Below are positions 38,919-48,402 of a stretch of 64,000 nt of DNA, piece after piece. The stretch comes from an uncultured Candidatus Saccharibacteria bacterium (GTDB taxonomy: Bacteria; Patescibacteriota; Minisyncoccia; Phycocordibacterales; UBA9973). The notes below the pieces were generated by a model. That model made no database searches and was not told where the DNA came from. It was given only the letters and a program-made list of their open reading frames with translations. Position 1 is the first letter of the stretch, and each line of letters starts with the position of its first letter. The position numbers and the translations under genes were made by a program. The stretch spans positions 4,256-68,255 of the forward strand of contig CAZKPK010000003.1 of assembly GCA_964554645.1 (NCBI GenBank), written 5' to 3'.

Positions 38919-39167
38919 TTACCAAAACACATTGCCGTTCCCATCAACGATTTCTCGAACCTCTCTGCCTTCTAATATAGAAACAGAACCATCCGACACT
39001 ATCTTGATTTTTTTTCGGTCGAACAGCTTTGGTGTTTGGATGGCAAATCCGTTTTCCACTATTTTCTTGTTTCCATTCATCATTTTGACTACAAACGGAG
39101 CTTTTACTACCCAACATGACGCAGTGTTTATGCAAGGAAGCATGTCAAAAGTTTTTTCATTTTTCAC
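38919..39167 (-). CDS. Orphan protein (82 aa)
   Basis: GTG start after GAAAGG; followed by a CCAGT...ACTGG terminator like the one after 38042-38647. Confidence 0.55.
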   Translation of the reverse strand: MKNEKTFDMLPCINTASCWVVKAPFVVKMMNGNKKIVENGFAIQTPKLFDRKKIKIVSDGSVSILEGREVREIVDGNGNVFW

Positions 39168-39200
39168 AATTTGTGCCTTTCTCTAAATAGTATACACCCT

Positions 39201-40772
39201 TTATTCAAATTCGGTCGTGGCTGGGGGTTTGGGAGTCATATCAAAAAATACGCGGACGATGTTTTTGTGTTTGGTGAGAGCGCTGGTGATTTCATTCACC
39301 ACTTCTTCGGGAAAATAATAGCCCTTGGCGGTCATAAAATCAGATGTTTGCACGGCACGCACAACCAGAGAATGGCCATAGACTCTTTCGTCCCCTTTCA
39401 CTCCGACGGAATTAATGCCCAGAAGCGCGACGATAAGTTGGGAAATATTTTTGGTGAGATTATATTTTTTTAGAATATCGGTTACGGTTTTGTCCGCTTG
39501 GCGCACTAGTTCAATATTCTCTTTTGAGACTGGCGCGCCGACTACTCGCAGGTATAGACCCGGACCGGGAAAAGGATGGCGTTCATATACAGCGGGCGGA
39601 AGATTAAGCGCGCGGGCAAGTTCGCGGATTTCATATTTGAATAAATTTCTGAATGGATGCAAATCATTCACTTTCCACGAAAGTCCCACATTGTGGTGCG
39701 TTTTTATCATTGTTGATTCCCCTGCTTTGCCACTTTCAATGATGTCGGTCGCCAAGGTCCCCTGCGCAATAAAGCCGGCATTATATTTTATTATTTCTTT
39801 TTCGAATATTTTTTGATACACAGCGCGAAACTTCGCGCGTTTTTTTTCTCCGTCGATTGTCGCGCTGATATTTTTTATAAACTCCTTTCCGGCTCTAATC
39901 ACAACAAGTTTTTTTATTCCCGCATTTCTTGTATTTTCTTTCAATTCTTCAATCTCATTCGCTCGCAATCCACCAGTGTCTATCGCCACGCCAATCAGCC
40001 TTTTTCTCAAAACTGGAGCCAGAATAGCAGCCAGAGTGGTTGAATCCACTCCGCCCGAAACGCCCAAAATCATATTTTGTTTTTTTACCTCACCCTTTCT
40101 TCCTCTCCTATCAGGAGAGGGCTGGGGAGAGGTTACTATTGCCAAAACCTCTTTCTGAATCTGGTGAATCAAATTTCTTGGATCCCAATCTTTTCTACAA
40201 TCAGCAATGTTCAAGAAATTCTGTAGCATTTTTTTGCCCTCTCTTGTATTAACAACTTCGGGATGAAATTGGATTCCCATTACCCTATTACTCATATCAG
40301 CCATGGCTGATATGCTGCCGGATGCGCCAATTGAAATAAAGTTTTTTGGAAGTTTAGTGACAGTATCTCCATGACTTGCCCAGACTTCTGTTTTTTTCTG
40401 CACTCCACCAAAGAGAGGATGTGTAGTATCTAGTGTAACTTCAGCTGGTCCATACTCACGGTGTTCGTGCGGTTTACTCACCAGACCCCCAAGCTTATGC
40501 GCCAGAAGTTGCATACCGTAACAAATACCCAAGATGAAATATTTTTTACCGGAAACATCAAGCGAGTTTGGAAATTCCGGAGCCTCATGGCTATGAACAC
40601 TCCAATTACTGCCGGAAAGAATAACCGCTTTGGGAGTGTTATTTTTTAGCCACCGGTCTGCTTTTTTTAGCGGTAATATTATACTTCGCACGCCAAGCTC
40701 GCGCAGAGTTCTTCCGATAACTAGCGTGTATTGCGATCCGTAATCCACGATCAAGATTTGTATGTTATCCAT
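39201..40772 (-). CDS. guaA: GMP synthase
   Basis: DYGSQYT, GICYGMQ, QFHPEV, SGGVDS, KTHHNV, KPPATTEFE; ATG 40772 preferred. Confidence 0.97.
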   Translation of the reverse strand: MDNIQILIVDYGSQYTLVIGRTLRELGVRSIILPLKKADRWLKNNTPKAVILSGSNWSVHSHEAPEFPNSLDVSGKKYFILGICYGMQLLAHKLGGLVSKPHEHREYGPAEVTLDTTHPLFGGVQKKTEVWASHGDTVTKLPKNFISIGASGSISAMADMSNRVMGIQFHPEVVNTREGKKMLQNFLNIADCRKDWDPRNLIHQIQKEVLAIVTSPQPSPDRRGRKGEVKKQNMILGVSGGVDSTTLAAILAPVLRKRLIGVAIDTGGLRANEIEELKENTRNAGIKKLVVIRAGKEFIKNISATIDGEKKRAKFRAVYQKIFEKEIIKYNAGFIAQGTLATDIIESGKAGESTMIKTHHNVGLSWKVNDLHPFRNLFKYEIRELARALNLPPAVYERHPFPGPGLYLRVVGAPVSKENIELVRQADKTVTDILKKYNLTKNISQLIVALLGINSVGVKGDERVYGHSLVVRAVQTSDFMTAKGYYFPEEVVNEITSALTKHKNIVRVFFDMTPKPPATTEFE

Positions 40773-40782
40773 AATAGAAAAT

Positions 40783-41034
40783 TTATTTATAAAAATCTTT
40801 ACGGTGTCCAAATTTTAGAAAATAGGCATTGCCTTTTTTAATGTCAAAAGAGGCTCTGTAGTCTCCTATCCTCATACGATAATCTCCATACTCAAAATAT
40901 TCCAGCCTTTTAGCAAAATTTAGCGGATTATTATTTTCAAAAATAAAATCCAGTTTATTAAGAATTCTTTTTTGAATTAATTTTGGAAGTAAGGCTAAAG
41001 TTTTTATTCCCTCTTCAGTAACAAAATAACGCAT
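40783..41034 (-). CDS. RelE/ParE-family toxin
   Basis: LPKLIQKRILNKL...YRMRIGDYR...GHRKDFYK. Confidence 0.88.
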   Translation of the reverse strand: MRYFVTEEGIKTLALLPKLIQKRILNKLDFIFENNNPLNFAKRLEYFEYGDYRMRIGDYRASFDIKKGNAYFLKFGHRKDFYK

Positions 41035-41037
41035 AGA

Positions 41038-41262
41038 TTAAATTAAACCTAGTTTCTTGTATACTTGTTGACCAGTGTAAAACTTTTTAGAACTTCTAGC
41101 TCGAGCAATACTTTTTCTGTAATTTACAGAAGCGTACATCTCCAAGTCTTCTTGCATTTCCTCAAATCTAGCTCGCATTTTTTCCCAAGTGTTTGTTGGT
41201 ATTACAACAACAGGCTTACGATTAAGCGTCCCAATATTTATTTTTTTCAATAAAATGTTCAT
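41038..41262 (-). CDS. Antitoxin (Phd/RelB-like)
   Basis: RKPVVVIP..WE.M...EEMQEDLE; directly upstream of the RelE toxin. Confidence 0.75.
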   Translation of the reverse strand: MNILLKKINIGTLNRKPVVVIPTNTWEKMRARFEEMQEDLEMYASVNYRKSIARARSSKKFYTGQQVYKKLGLI

Positions 41263-41387
41263 ATTTTAAGAATACAGCATTTTCTAAAAAGTTGCAACAA
41301 GTTTCTTTAGCAAGAACGTACTTTTTTGTAACTACCAAAAAGGTATTTACGAGAAATCTATTTATATGCTATCATACACAATATATT

Positions 41388-42878
41388 ATGTCTTCGAAAG
41401 CAAGAGAAAAAAAAGAAGAAAAATTCACAGAGGGTCTTACTTATGATGATGTTTTGCTTATACCGCAATATTCAGAAGTTTTGCCTCGGGAAGTTGATAT
41501 TTCTTCTTTTCTCACCAGAAAAATAAAACTCAATGTTCCGATTGTTTCGGCTGCGATGGACACGGTGACTGAAGCGGCTTTGGCGATCGCCATGGCGCAG
41601 GAAGGAGGAATAGGGATTCTGCACAAAAATATGAGCATTGAGAAGCAAGCGGCTGAAGTGCGCAAGGTTAAGCGCTCCGAAAGCGGAATGATTCATGATC
41701 CGATAACTCTCAAAGAAGACGCGTTGCTAAAAGAAGCGCTGCGACTTATGAAGGAAAATAAAATTGGCGGAATACCGATCGTTGACAAAAATATGCGACT
41801 CAAAGGTATTTTAACTAATCGCGATTTAAGATTTCAGAAAAATTTAGAACTTCCAGTCGGCGAGATAATGACCAAAACAAATTTAATCACTGGCAGTCTT
41901 GGGACAGATTTGCGGGAAGCGGAAAAAATACTCACAAAATATAAAGTTGAAAAATTGCCTTTGGTGGATAAACAAAATAAACTTATTGGTCTGATCACTT
42001 ACAAAGACATAATGAAAGTAAAGTCTCGACCAAATTCTTGCCGAGATTATTTCGGTCGTTTGCGAGTAGGCGCCGCGGTAGGAATAATGGCTGATACATT
42101 AGAGAGAGTAAAAGCGCTTGAACAAAACGGAGTCGATGTGATAGTTATTGATACGGCTCACGGCCATTCAAGAGGAGTGATTGAAATGTTGAAGAAAATA
42201 AAAAAAGAATTTCCAAAATTAGAAGTTATCGTCGGAAACATTGCTACCGGAGAAGCGGCTAAAGATTTAGTTAAAGCCGGAGCGGACGCGATAAAGGTGG
42301 GCATCGGACCGGGGTCAATTTGCATCACCCGCGTAATTGCCGGCGTAGGTTTTCCGCAGTTTTCCGCCGTTTATGAAGTGGCGCGAACGATTAAAGATTC
42401 AGGCGTACCAATTATCGCGGATGGAGGAATTCGGCATACCGGAGATATTCCAAAAGCTATCGCGGCCGGGGCCAGTTCGATTATGACAGGTTCTCTTTTT
42501 GCTGGAGTGGAAGAATCTCCGGGCGAGACAATAATTTTAGAAAGCAGAAAATATAAAACTTATCGCGGCATGGGCTCGGTTGAAGCCATGAAGCAAGGTT
42601 CCAAGGACAGGTATTTCCAAGATGCAGAGGATGACATTAAAAAACTTGTGCCGGAAGGGATCGTAGGCCGAGTCTCTTTCAAAGGCGGGCTTTCGGAAGT
42701 AATTTATCAACTAGTGGGAGGTCTCCGATCCGGCATGGGATATTGCGGGGCAAAAGATATCAAGACTTTACAAAAAAAAGCAAAATTTATCAGAATCACG
42801 CAATCCGGCATAGAGGAGAACCACCCGCATGATGTTATAATTACCAAAGAAGCTTCCAATTATAGCGTGGGAGAATAA
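41388..42878 (+). CDS. guaB: IMP dehydrogenase (with CBS pair)
   Basis: [37 protein letters not shown]. Confidence 0.98.
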   Translation: MSSKAREKKEEKFTEGLTYDDVLLIPQYSEVLPREVDISSFLTRKIKLNVPIVSAAMDTVTEAALAIAMAQEGGIGILHKNMSIEKQAAEVRKVKRSESGMIHDPITLKEDALLKEALRLMKENKIGGIPIVDKNMRLKGILTNRDLRFQKNLELPVGEIMTKTNLITGSLGTDLREAEKILTKYKVEKLPLVDKQNKLIGLITYKDIMKVKSRPNSCRDYFGRLRVGAAVGIMADTLERVKALEQNGVDVIVIDTAHGHSRGVIEMLKKIKKEFPKLEVIVGNIATGEAAKDLVKAGADAIKVGIGPGSICITRVIAGVGFPQFSAVYEVARTIKDSGVPIIADGGIRHTGDIPKAIAAGASSIMTGSLFAGVEESPGETIILESRKYKTYRGMGSVEAMKQGSKDRYFQDAEDDIKKLVPEGIVGRVSFKGGLSEVIYQLVGGLRSGMGYCGAKDIKTLQKKAKFIRITQSGIEENHPHDVIITKEASNYSVGE

Positions 42879-42884
42879 GATAAA

Positions 42885-42912
42885 ATGACCCATTCGACAA
42901 ACTCAGGGTCAT
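42885..42912. repeat. REP-like hairpin (CCCTTCGACAAGCTCAGGG type)
   Basis: ATGACCCATTCGACAAACTCAGGGTCAT. Confidence 0.65.
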
Positions 42913-42929
42913 GGTGATAAAATAGAACC

Positions 42930-44249
42930 ATGAAAAATGGATTTATTGATGTGGTTGTCGGCTTGCAATGGGGGGATGAAGGAAAAGGCAAAAACATAGA
43001 TGAACTTCTTTCGCATAAAGTTTATTCCGCAGTGGCGCGTTTTCAGGGTGGAGCGAATGCCGGGCACACTATTAAATTAGGAAATGCGACCTTTGTTGGA
43101 CATATTGTGCCCTCCGGTTGTTTCCAAAGAAATATAGAATTATATATTGGCAATGGTGTGGTGGTTGATGCTGTGTCTTTGATTAAAGAAATAGAACAGC
43201 TTAAAAATTTAGGTTTTGATGTTACCAAACGTCTTTATATTTCAAATCGGGCGAAATTAGTTTCATATTTGCATCCTTTCTTAGATCAAGCGGACGAATA
43301 TCATGGGAGCAATTTAGGAACAAAAATAGGCTCGACTTCCAGAGGTATAGGTCCGGCTTATAGCGATGCGCGAGCGCGCAGAGGGCTCTTGCTCGGCGAT
43401 CTTTTATTGCCTGATTTCAAACAAAAAGAATCCGCTCTTTCAAAATTTCATCTGAATTTTTTGAAAATGTATGAAGAAAAATATGGTTTTAAAGTTGATC
43501 TGGAAAAAATAAAAGAAGCGAAAGAAAAATGGCTACAGGCCCTAAAAGAGGTGAAGAAACTAAAAATTTGCGATTTATCATTTTTAATCCAAAAAAGATT
43601 GAGAGAAGGGAAAAATATTTTAGCTGAAGGCGCGCAGGGCGCAATGCTCGATATTGATTTTGGAGATTATCCGAATGTGACTAGTTCCAATACTCTGCCG
43701 GTAAATGTTTGTCTGGGTCTGGGTGTGCCTCATATTTATTTACGAGATATTTATGGTGTGATAAAAGCTTATACCACGAAAGTGGGTGGCGGAAACTTCC
43801 CAGCCAGAATTAAAGACGAAGCGCTAGAGAAATTTTTTCAAAAGGCGGGCAATGAATTCGGAGCTACCACCGGACGGCCCAGAATGTGCGGCTGGCTTGA
43901 TTTATTTGCGCTTCGTTATGCAATTACCCTCTCGGGCGCTAATAAAATTTTTATCAATAAGGCCGATATTTGCTTGAGCGACAAAGTAAAAGTTGTAACC
44001 GGGTATAAAAATAATAAAAAGATTTTTAAAGAATTTCCGCTTTATTTAAATCAAGTAACAAGTGTCGTTACCGAAGAAATACCAGGCTGGGGCAATACTA
44101 ATTTTAGAGTTAAAGATAAGAAAAAAGTTTCCAAAGAGCTTAAATCGTATTTAGACTATATCAAAAAGAAACTTTCCGATCTGGATGTGAAAATCATCTC
44201 CGTCGGCACCGGCCAAGACCGCGAGGATTTTTTTAATTGGGATAAATAA
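42930..44249 (+). CDS. purA: Adenylosuccinate synthetase
   Basis: QWGDEGKGK, GGANAGHT, EGAQGAMLD, GATTGRPR. Confidence 0.97.
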   Translation: MKNGFIDVVVGLQWGDEGKGKNIDELLSHKVYSAVARFQGGANAGHTIKLGNATFVGHIVPSGCFQRNIELYIGNGVVVDAVSLIKEIEQLKNLGFDVTKRLYISNRAKLVSYLHPFLDQADEYHGSNLGTKIGSTSRGIGPAYSDARARRGLLLGDLLLPDFKQKESALSKFHLNFLKMYEEKYGFKVDLEKIKEAKEKWLQALKEVKKLKICDLSFLIQKRLREGKNILAEGAQGAMLDIDFGDYPNVTSSNTLPVNVCLGLGVPHIYLRDIYGVIKAYTTKVGGGNFPARIKDEALEKFFQKAGNEFGATTGRPRMCGWLDLFALRYAITLSGANKIFINKADICLSDKVKVVTGYKNNKKIFKEFPLYLNQVTSVVTEEIPGWGNTNFRVKDKKKVSKELKSYLDYIKKKLSDLDVKIISVGTGQDREDFFNWDK

Positions 44250-44266
44250 ATTTAAATTTAGTAATG

Positions 44267-44296
44267 CCATAATAACAACGGCCGTTGCTATTATGG
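44267..44296. repeat. AACGGCCGTT-core palindrome family, copy 5
   Basis: CCATAATAACAACGGCCGTTGCTATTATGG. Confidence 0.85.
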
Positions 44297-44307
44297 TATC
44301 TTCTGCG

Positions 44308-45594
44308 TTAGGTCTTGCCTAACGCGCTTTTGCCTATATCTCTCCTATATTGCATCCCTTTAAAAGAAATTTTATCTATAGCTTTATAGGTCTTATCGAG
44401 CGTTTCTTGTAAAGTATTTCCGACAGCCGAAACTCCAAGCACTCGCCCGCCATTAGTTACTAGTTTGCCTTTTTCCATTTTTGTGCCGGCGTGAAAGATC
44501 ACGATATCACCACCCCCTCCCCCCTCCTCAATGAAGATGGGGTTCCCCTTCTCATAATTTCCCGGATAGCCACCAGAAGCAAGTGCAATGTTGCATGCAA
44601 AAGTATCCTTTTTCCATTTTATTTCTAAATTATTCAATTTCCCATCAATACTCGCATCTATAATATCTAGCAAATCAGTATCTAATAATCTCATATATGT
44701 TTGCGTTTCTGGATCGCCAAAGCGCGCATTGAATTCAAAAACCTTCGGGCCGTTTTTGGTCAGCATTATTCCCGGATATAATATGCCGACAAATGGTCTG
44801 CCTTCTTTGGTCATACCCGCCAATGTCGGCGCGACGATTTCTTTTTCAATACGGGCTAGGAGTATATTATTTACAAAAGGAAGCGGAGCGATCACTCCCA
44901 TTCCGCCGGTATTGGGTCCCGCATTGCCGTCGAATATGCGTTTATGATCTTGCGAGCTAGGAAATATTTTAAAGTTTTTACCATCGGAAATTGCGTGAGT
45001 GGAAATTTCTACGCCCTCTAAGTATTCTTCGATGACCACTTCATTTCCGCCTACTCCAAAAATCTTATCTATAAAAATTTTTTGGAGTGCTTCGATTGCT
45101 TTTTCTTTTGTTTGCGCGACGGTTACCCCTTTGCCGAGCGCGAGCCCGCTTGCTTTTATTACCACTGGCACTTGTCCCTTTTCCACATAAATTTTTGCTT
45201 TTTCAAAATCGTTAAAAACCGCGTATTTTGCTGTGGGAATATTATGTCTTTTCATAAAATCCTTGGCATAGGCCTTAGACCATTCTAGTTCGCTTGCTCC
45301 CTTGCTCGGTCCCCAAACTCTTAATCCAACTTTTTGAAATTCATCCACCATACCCACAGATAAGGGATTATCAGAAACTACGAGCGTGAGGTCAATTTTT
45401 TCTTTTCTTGTGAATTCTAAAAGTTTCAAAATTTCTGTTTCTTTAATATCTAAATTAGTTCCCAGCTTCGCCGTACCGGCATTACCTCGGGCAAAAAATA
45501 ATTCTCCGACTCTTTCCGACTGCGCTATTTTCCAGCCCAAAGCATGCTCCCGTCCCCCTCCCGCTCCGATTATTAAAATTTTTTGTTTTTGCAT
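44308..45594 (-). CDS. purD: Phosphoribosylamine-glycine ligase
   Basis: GGGREHAL, LEWSK, KASGLALGKGV, QDHKR, NTGGMG, EFNARFGDPE. Confidence 0.97.
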   Translation of the reverse strand: MQKQKILIIGAGGGREHALGWKIAQSERVGELFFARGNAGTAKLGTNLDIKETEILKLLEFTRKEKIDLTLVVSDNPLSVGMVDEFQKVGLRVWGPSKGASELEWSKAYAKDFMKRHNIPTAKYAVFNDFEKAKIYVEKGQVPVVIKASGLALGKGVTVAQTKEKAIEALQKIFIDKIFGVGGNEVVIEEYLEGVEISTHAISDGKNFKIFPSSQDHKRIFDGNAGPNTGGMGVIAPLPFVNNILLARIEKEIVAPTLAGMTKEGRPFVGILYPGIMLTKNGPKVFEFNARFGDPETQTYMRLLDTDLLDIIDASIDGKLNNLEIKWKKDTFACNIALASGGYPGNYEKGNPIFIEEGGGGGDIVIFHAGTKMEKGKLVTNGGRVLGVSAVGNTLQETLDKTYKAIDKISFKGMQYRRDIGKSALGKT

Positions 45595-45602
45595 AAAAAT
45601 TG

Positions 45603-46166
45603 TTAAACACTCGGTGTTGAACATAATTTTTCTAAAATTTCCACATACATTTTATTCTCTTTCTTTTTTAGTCTAGCATACAAAGATTCGATAGTATCAT
45701 CGGCCTCAACTTTTTCAAAAGTTCTTCCCAAGACTGGCCCGAAATCAAAATTCAAAGTCAGAAAATGAACAGAAGAACCCGCGTAAGTAGATTTTTGGTC
45801 CAAGAAATTCTGGATAGCTTTATTGCCGTACATTCCTTTATTCCATAAAGCTTTAGTGCCATCTGGATTTTCCACAGTTCCATCAATCGTGTTTGGAATG
45901 AGTCCCGGATGTAAATTCAAGATTTTATTTTGATATTTTTTAATCATTTCATCAGGGATAATTTTCTTCCAACCGCTGAGGCACATGTAATCTGGCGATA
46001 TTTTGTCTATTATCGGTTTAGGATTCTCTTTATCAGAAACCACCGCAGAAATTTCAGCATTAATTTTACCTTTATCAATTGCATCTCTAATTGCTCTGAG
46101 GTTGGTTTGAGTACCCCCTTCATGAACTAAAAGCACTAATTTTAATTTAATCTTTTGGAACATCAT
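45603..46166 (-). CDS. purN: Phosphoribosylglycinamide formyltransferase (divergent)
   Basis: LSGWKKII, ILNLHPGL, GSSVH, DFGPV; lies between purF and purD. Confidence 0.85.
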   Translation of the reverse strand: MMFQKIKLKLVLLVHEGGTQTNLRAIRDAIDKGKINAEISAVVSDKENPKPIIDKISPDYMCLSGWKKIIPDEMIKKYQNKILNLHPGLIPNTIDGTVENPDGTKALWNKGMYGNKAIQNFLDQKSTYAGSSVHFLTLNFDFGPVLGRTFEKVEADDTIESLYARLKKKENKMYVEILEKLCSTPSV

Positions 46167-47547
46167 AATTTACTTCGTTTTTGCGTTCTTTTAAATCAAT
46201 TGGGTAAATGCCTGTGAAGCATGAAGTGGATAAATGCTCTTCTGGCAAGCCGATCGATTTTATTAAGCCGCCAAGCGAAAGATAATGCAACGAGGTGGCC
46301 CCGAGAAATTTGCGGATTTTTTCTACAGTTTTGCGAGAGGCAATCAATTCGTTTTGGTCTGGAGTATCCATGCCGTAAAAGTCCGGAAAACGTATCGGTG
46401 GAGAAGAGATTAGAAGATGCACTTCTTTGGCGCCTGATTTAAAAAATGTTTTTACCAGTCTTTTGCAGGTATTTCCTCTGACGATAGAGTCATCTATCAC
46501 CGCTATTTTTTTGCCCTTTAAAACTTGCGGAAGAGGAATAAGTTTCAGCGCCACACTATGCCGACGGGATTTCTTATCGGGTTCGATAAAAGTTCTGTGG
46601 ACATAGCGATTTTTCACTAAAGCCATTTCGATCGGAATACCGGAAACTTCGCTATAGCCTAAGGCAACGGGAGTTGCCGTATCAGGCACCGGCACTATGG
46701 CATCGACTTTTAGTTTAAATTCTTCAGCCAGAACTTTTCCGAAATTTTTTCTGACTTCATATATCAATTTGCCGTTCAGCACGCTGTCCGGCCGGGCAAA
46801 ATAAACATATTCAAATATGTCATGTTTTGGATTCGATTTTTCCAATTGCGCGCTTTTAATTCCCTTTTCATTTATCACAACCATTTCTCCCGGTTTTATT
46901 TCTCTGGAAAGTTTTGCGCCGATAGTTTTAAGCGCGCAGGTTTCCGATACAACAATAAAGCCCTTGCCGATTTTCCCTAGCGCGAGCGGGCGCATTCCAT
47001 AAGTGTCCCGCACGGCGATCAAGGTATCCTTATTCATCATTACTAACGAAAATGCCCCAGTCATCAGAGGAAAAACTTTTTCCACAGATTTTTCCAGCGA
47101 GTGGCCTTCTTTTATAAAAAAATTTATGCTATCGGCTATTAGTTCTGAATCCGATCTGTTTTCTTGCAATATCTTCTGCTCTATCAGAAATTTTTGGAGC
47201 AGTTTAACGCTGGGTAAGTTGCCATTGTGCGCGAGCGCAAAAGCATTATCCATCATATCCACCACTGGTTGGGCGTGATCGAGAGCGCTCCCGCCGGAAG
47301 TGGAATATCGGTTGTGTCCAATGCCTATATGCCCTTTTAAATTTTCTATATCTTTTTCTTTATAAACTTGCGCCACGAGTCCCGCACCTTTGTGAGTGTG
47401 AAGTTTTTTACCATCGCTCGTGGTAATGCCGGATGCCTCTTGTCCCCTATGCTGTAAAGCAAACAAGGCAAAAAAAGCCAGTTTAGAGACAGGCAAACCC
47501 TTTCCGTATATGCCTACGATTCCGCATTTTTCTTTCAGTTCGCTCAT
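46147..47547 (-). CDS. purF: Amidophosphoribosyltransferase
   Basis: KEK/CGIVG N-terminal nucleophile, LQHRGQE, GHNRYST, DDSIVRG. Confidence 0.97.
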   Translation of the reverse strand: MSELKEKCGIVGIYGKGLPVSKLAFFALFALQHRGQEASGITTSDGKKLHTHKGAGLVAQVYKEKDIENLKGHIGIGHNRYSTSGGSALDHAQPVVDMMDNAFALAHNGNLPSVKLLQKFLIEQKILQENRSDSELIADSINFFIKEGHSLEKSVEKVFPLMTGAFSLVMMNKDTLIAVRDTYGMRPLALGKIGKGFIVVSETCALKTIGAKLSREIKPGEMVVINEKGIKSAQLEKSNPKHDIFEYVYFARPDSVLNGKLIYEVRKNFGKVLAEEFKLKVDAIVPVPDTATPVALGYSEVSGIPIEMALVKNRYVHRTFIEPDKKSRRHSVALKLIPLPQVLKGKKIAVIDDSIVRGNTCKRLVKTFFKSGAKEVHLLISSPPIRFPDFYGMDTPDQNELIASRKTVEKIRKFLGATSLHYLSLGGLIKSIGLPEEHLSTSCFTGIYPIDLKERKNEVNYDVPKD

Positions 47548-47549
47548 AA

Positions 47550-48350
47550 TTATTTTCCGCCAAAGGCGGATCCGCCTTGGGCGGAAAAGTATTCAACTGC
47601 GTTTTTAAAAATTTGAAGCCCTTTTCCCTCTTTTGAAACTTTTTTATTCCCACCAGAGGAACGGGCAAGCATTTGCCACATCGGACTTTGGTGAGAAAAC
47701 ATTGCCCGTTCCGGATGAGGCATCATTCCCAAAACTCTTCCATTATAGGCTAAAACTCCCGCAATGCAAAAGTCTGAGCCATTTGGATTATATTCTAAAT
47801 TTTGAAATTTACAAATTTCTCCTTTTATATAAATGAAAGCTGTTTGGTTATTTTTCTTCAAATTTTTATATCCTCCTGCGCCTATCACATAACGTCCTTC
47901 GCCATGCGCTATCGGGAGCGATATTTTTTTGATTCCCTTCAGCCAGGGGCTATTTCCAATCGACTCTAAGTCGACCCATCTATCAATATATTTGCCATTT
48001 TTATTGTAAGTCAAAGCCCCCGGCAGAATTCCTAAATTAGTCATAATTTGAAATCCATTGCAGATGCCTATGGCCAGAGTGTCGCGCGATAAAAATTCCG
48101 CTAGTTCTTTTGCCAAATGATTTTTTAATTTATTAGCGTAGGCTTTCCCGCTGCCAGTATCGTCGCCGTAAGAAAATCCTCCCGGGAAAGCCAAAATCTG
48201 GTATTCAGACAGCATTTTTGGTTTGGCAATGAGATCATTGATATGCACGATGTCCGCGTTTCCCCCAACCGACTCAAAAGCGAATTTTGTTTCTTCTTCG
48301 CAATTGAGCCCGTAGCCGGACATTATTATAACTTTTGGTTTATTTTTCAT
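47550..48350 (-). CDS. purQ: FGAM synthase glutaminase subunit
   Basis: PGGFSYGD, GICNGFQ, AHGEG, MMPHPER. Confidence 0.96.
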   Translation of the reverse strand: MKNKPKVIIMSGYGLNCEEETKFAFESVGGNADIVHINDLIAKPKMLSEYQILAFPGGFSYGDDTGSGKAYANKLKNHLAKELAEFLSRDTLAIGICNGFQIMTNLGILPGALTYNKNGKYIDRWVDLESIGNSPWLKGIKKISLPIAHGEGRYVIGAGGYKNLKKNNQTAFIYIKGEICKFQNLEYNPNGSDFCIAGVLAYNGRVLGMMPHPERAMFSHQSPMWQMLARSSGGNKKVSKEGKGLQIFKNAVEYFSAQGGSAFGGK

Positions 48351-48398
48351 CTTTTTTAAATTACCTAACTCTACCGGTCGAAAAAGTTAAGTAATTAT
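48348..48398 (-). repeat. Imperfect palindromic element abutting the purQ ATG, copy 2 (core inverted relative to 8098-8147)
   Basis: Minus strand ATAATTACTTAACT-ttttcgaccggtag-AGTTAGGTAATTTAAAAAAGATG. Confidence 0.8.
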
Positions 48399-48402
48399 AT
48401 AT

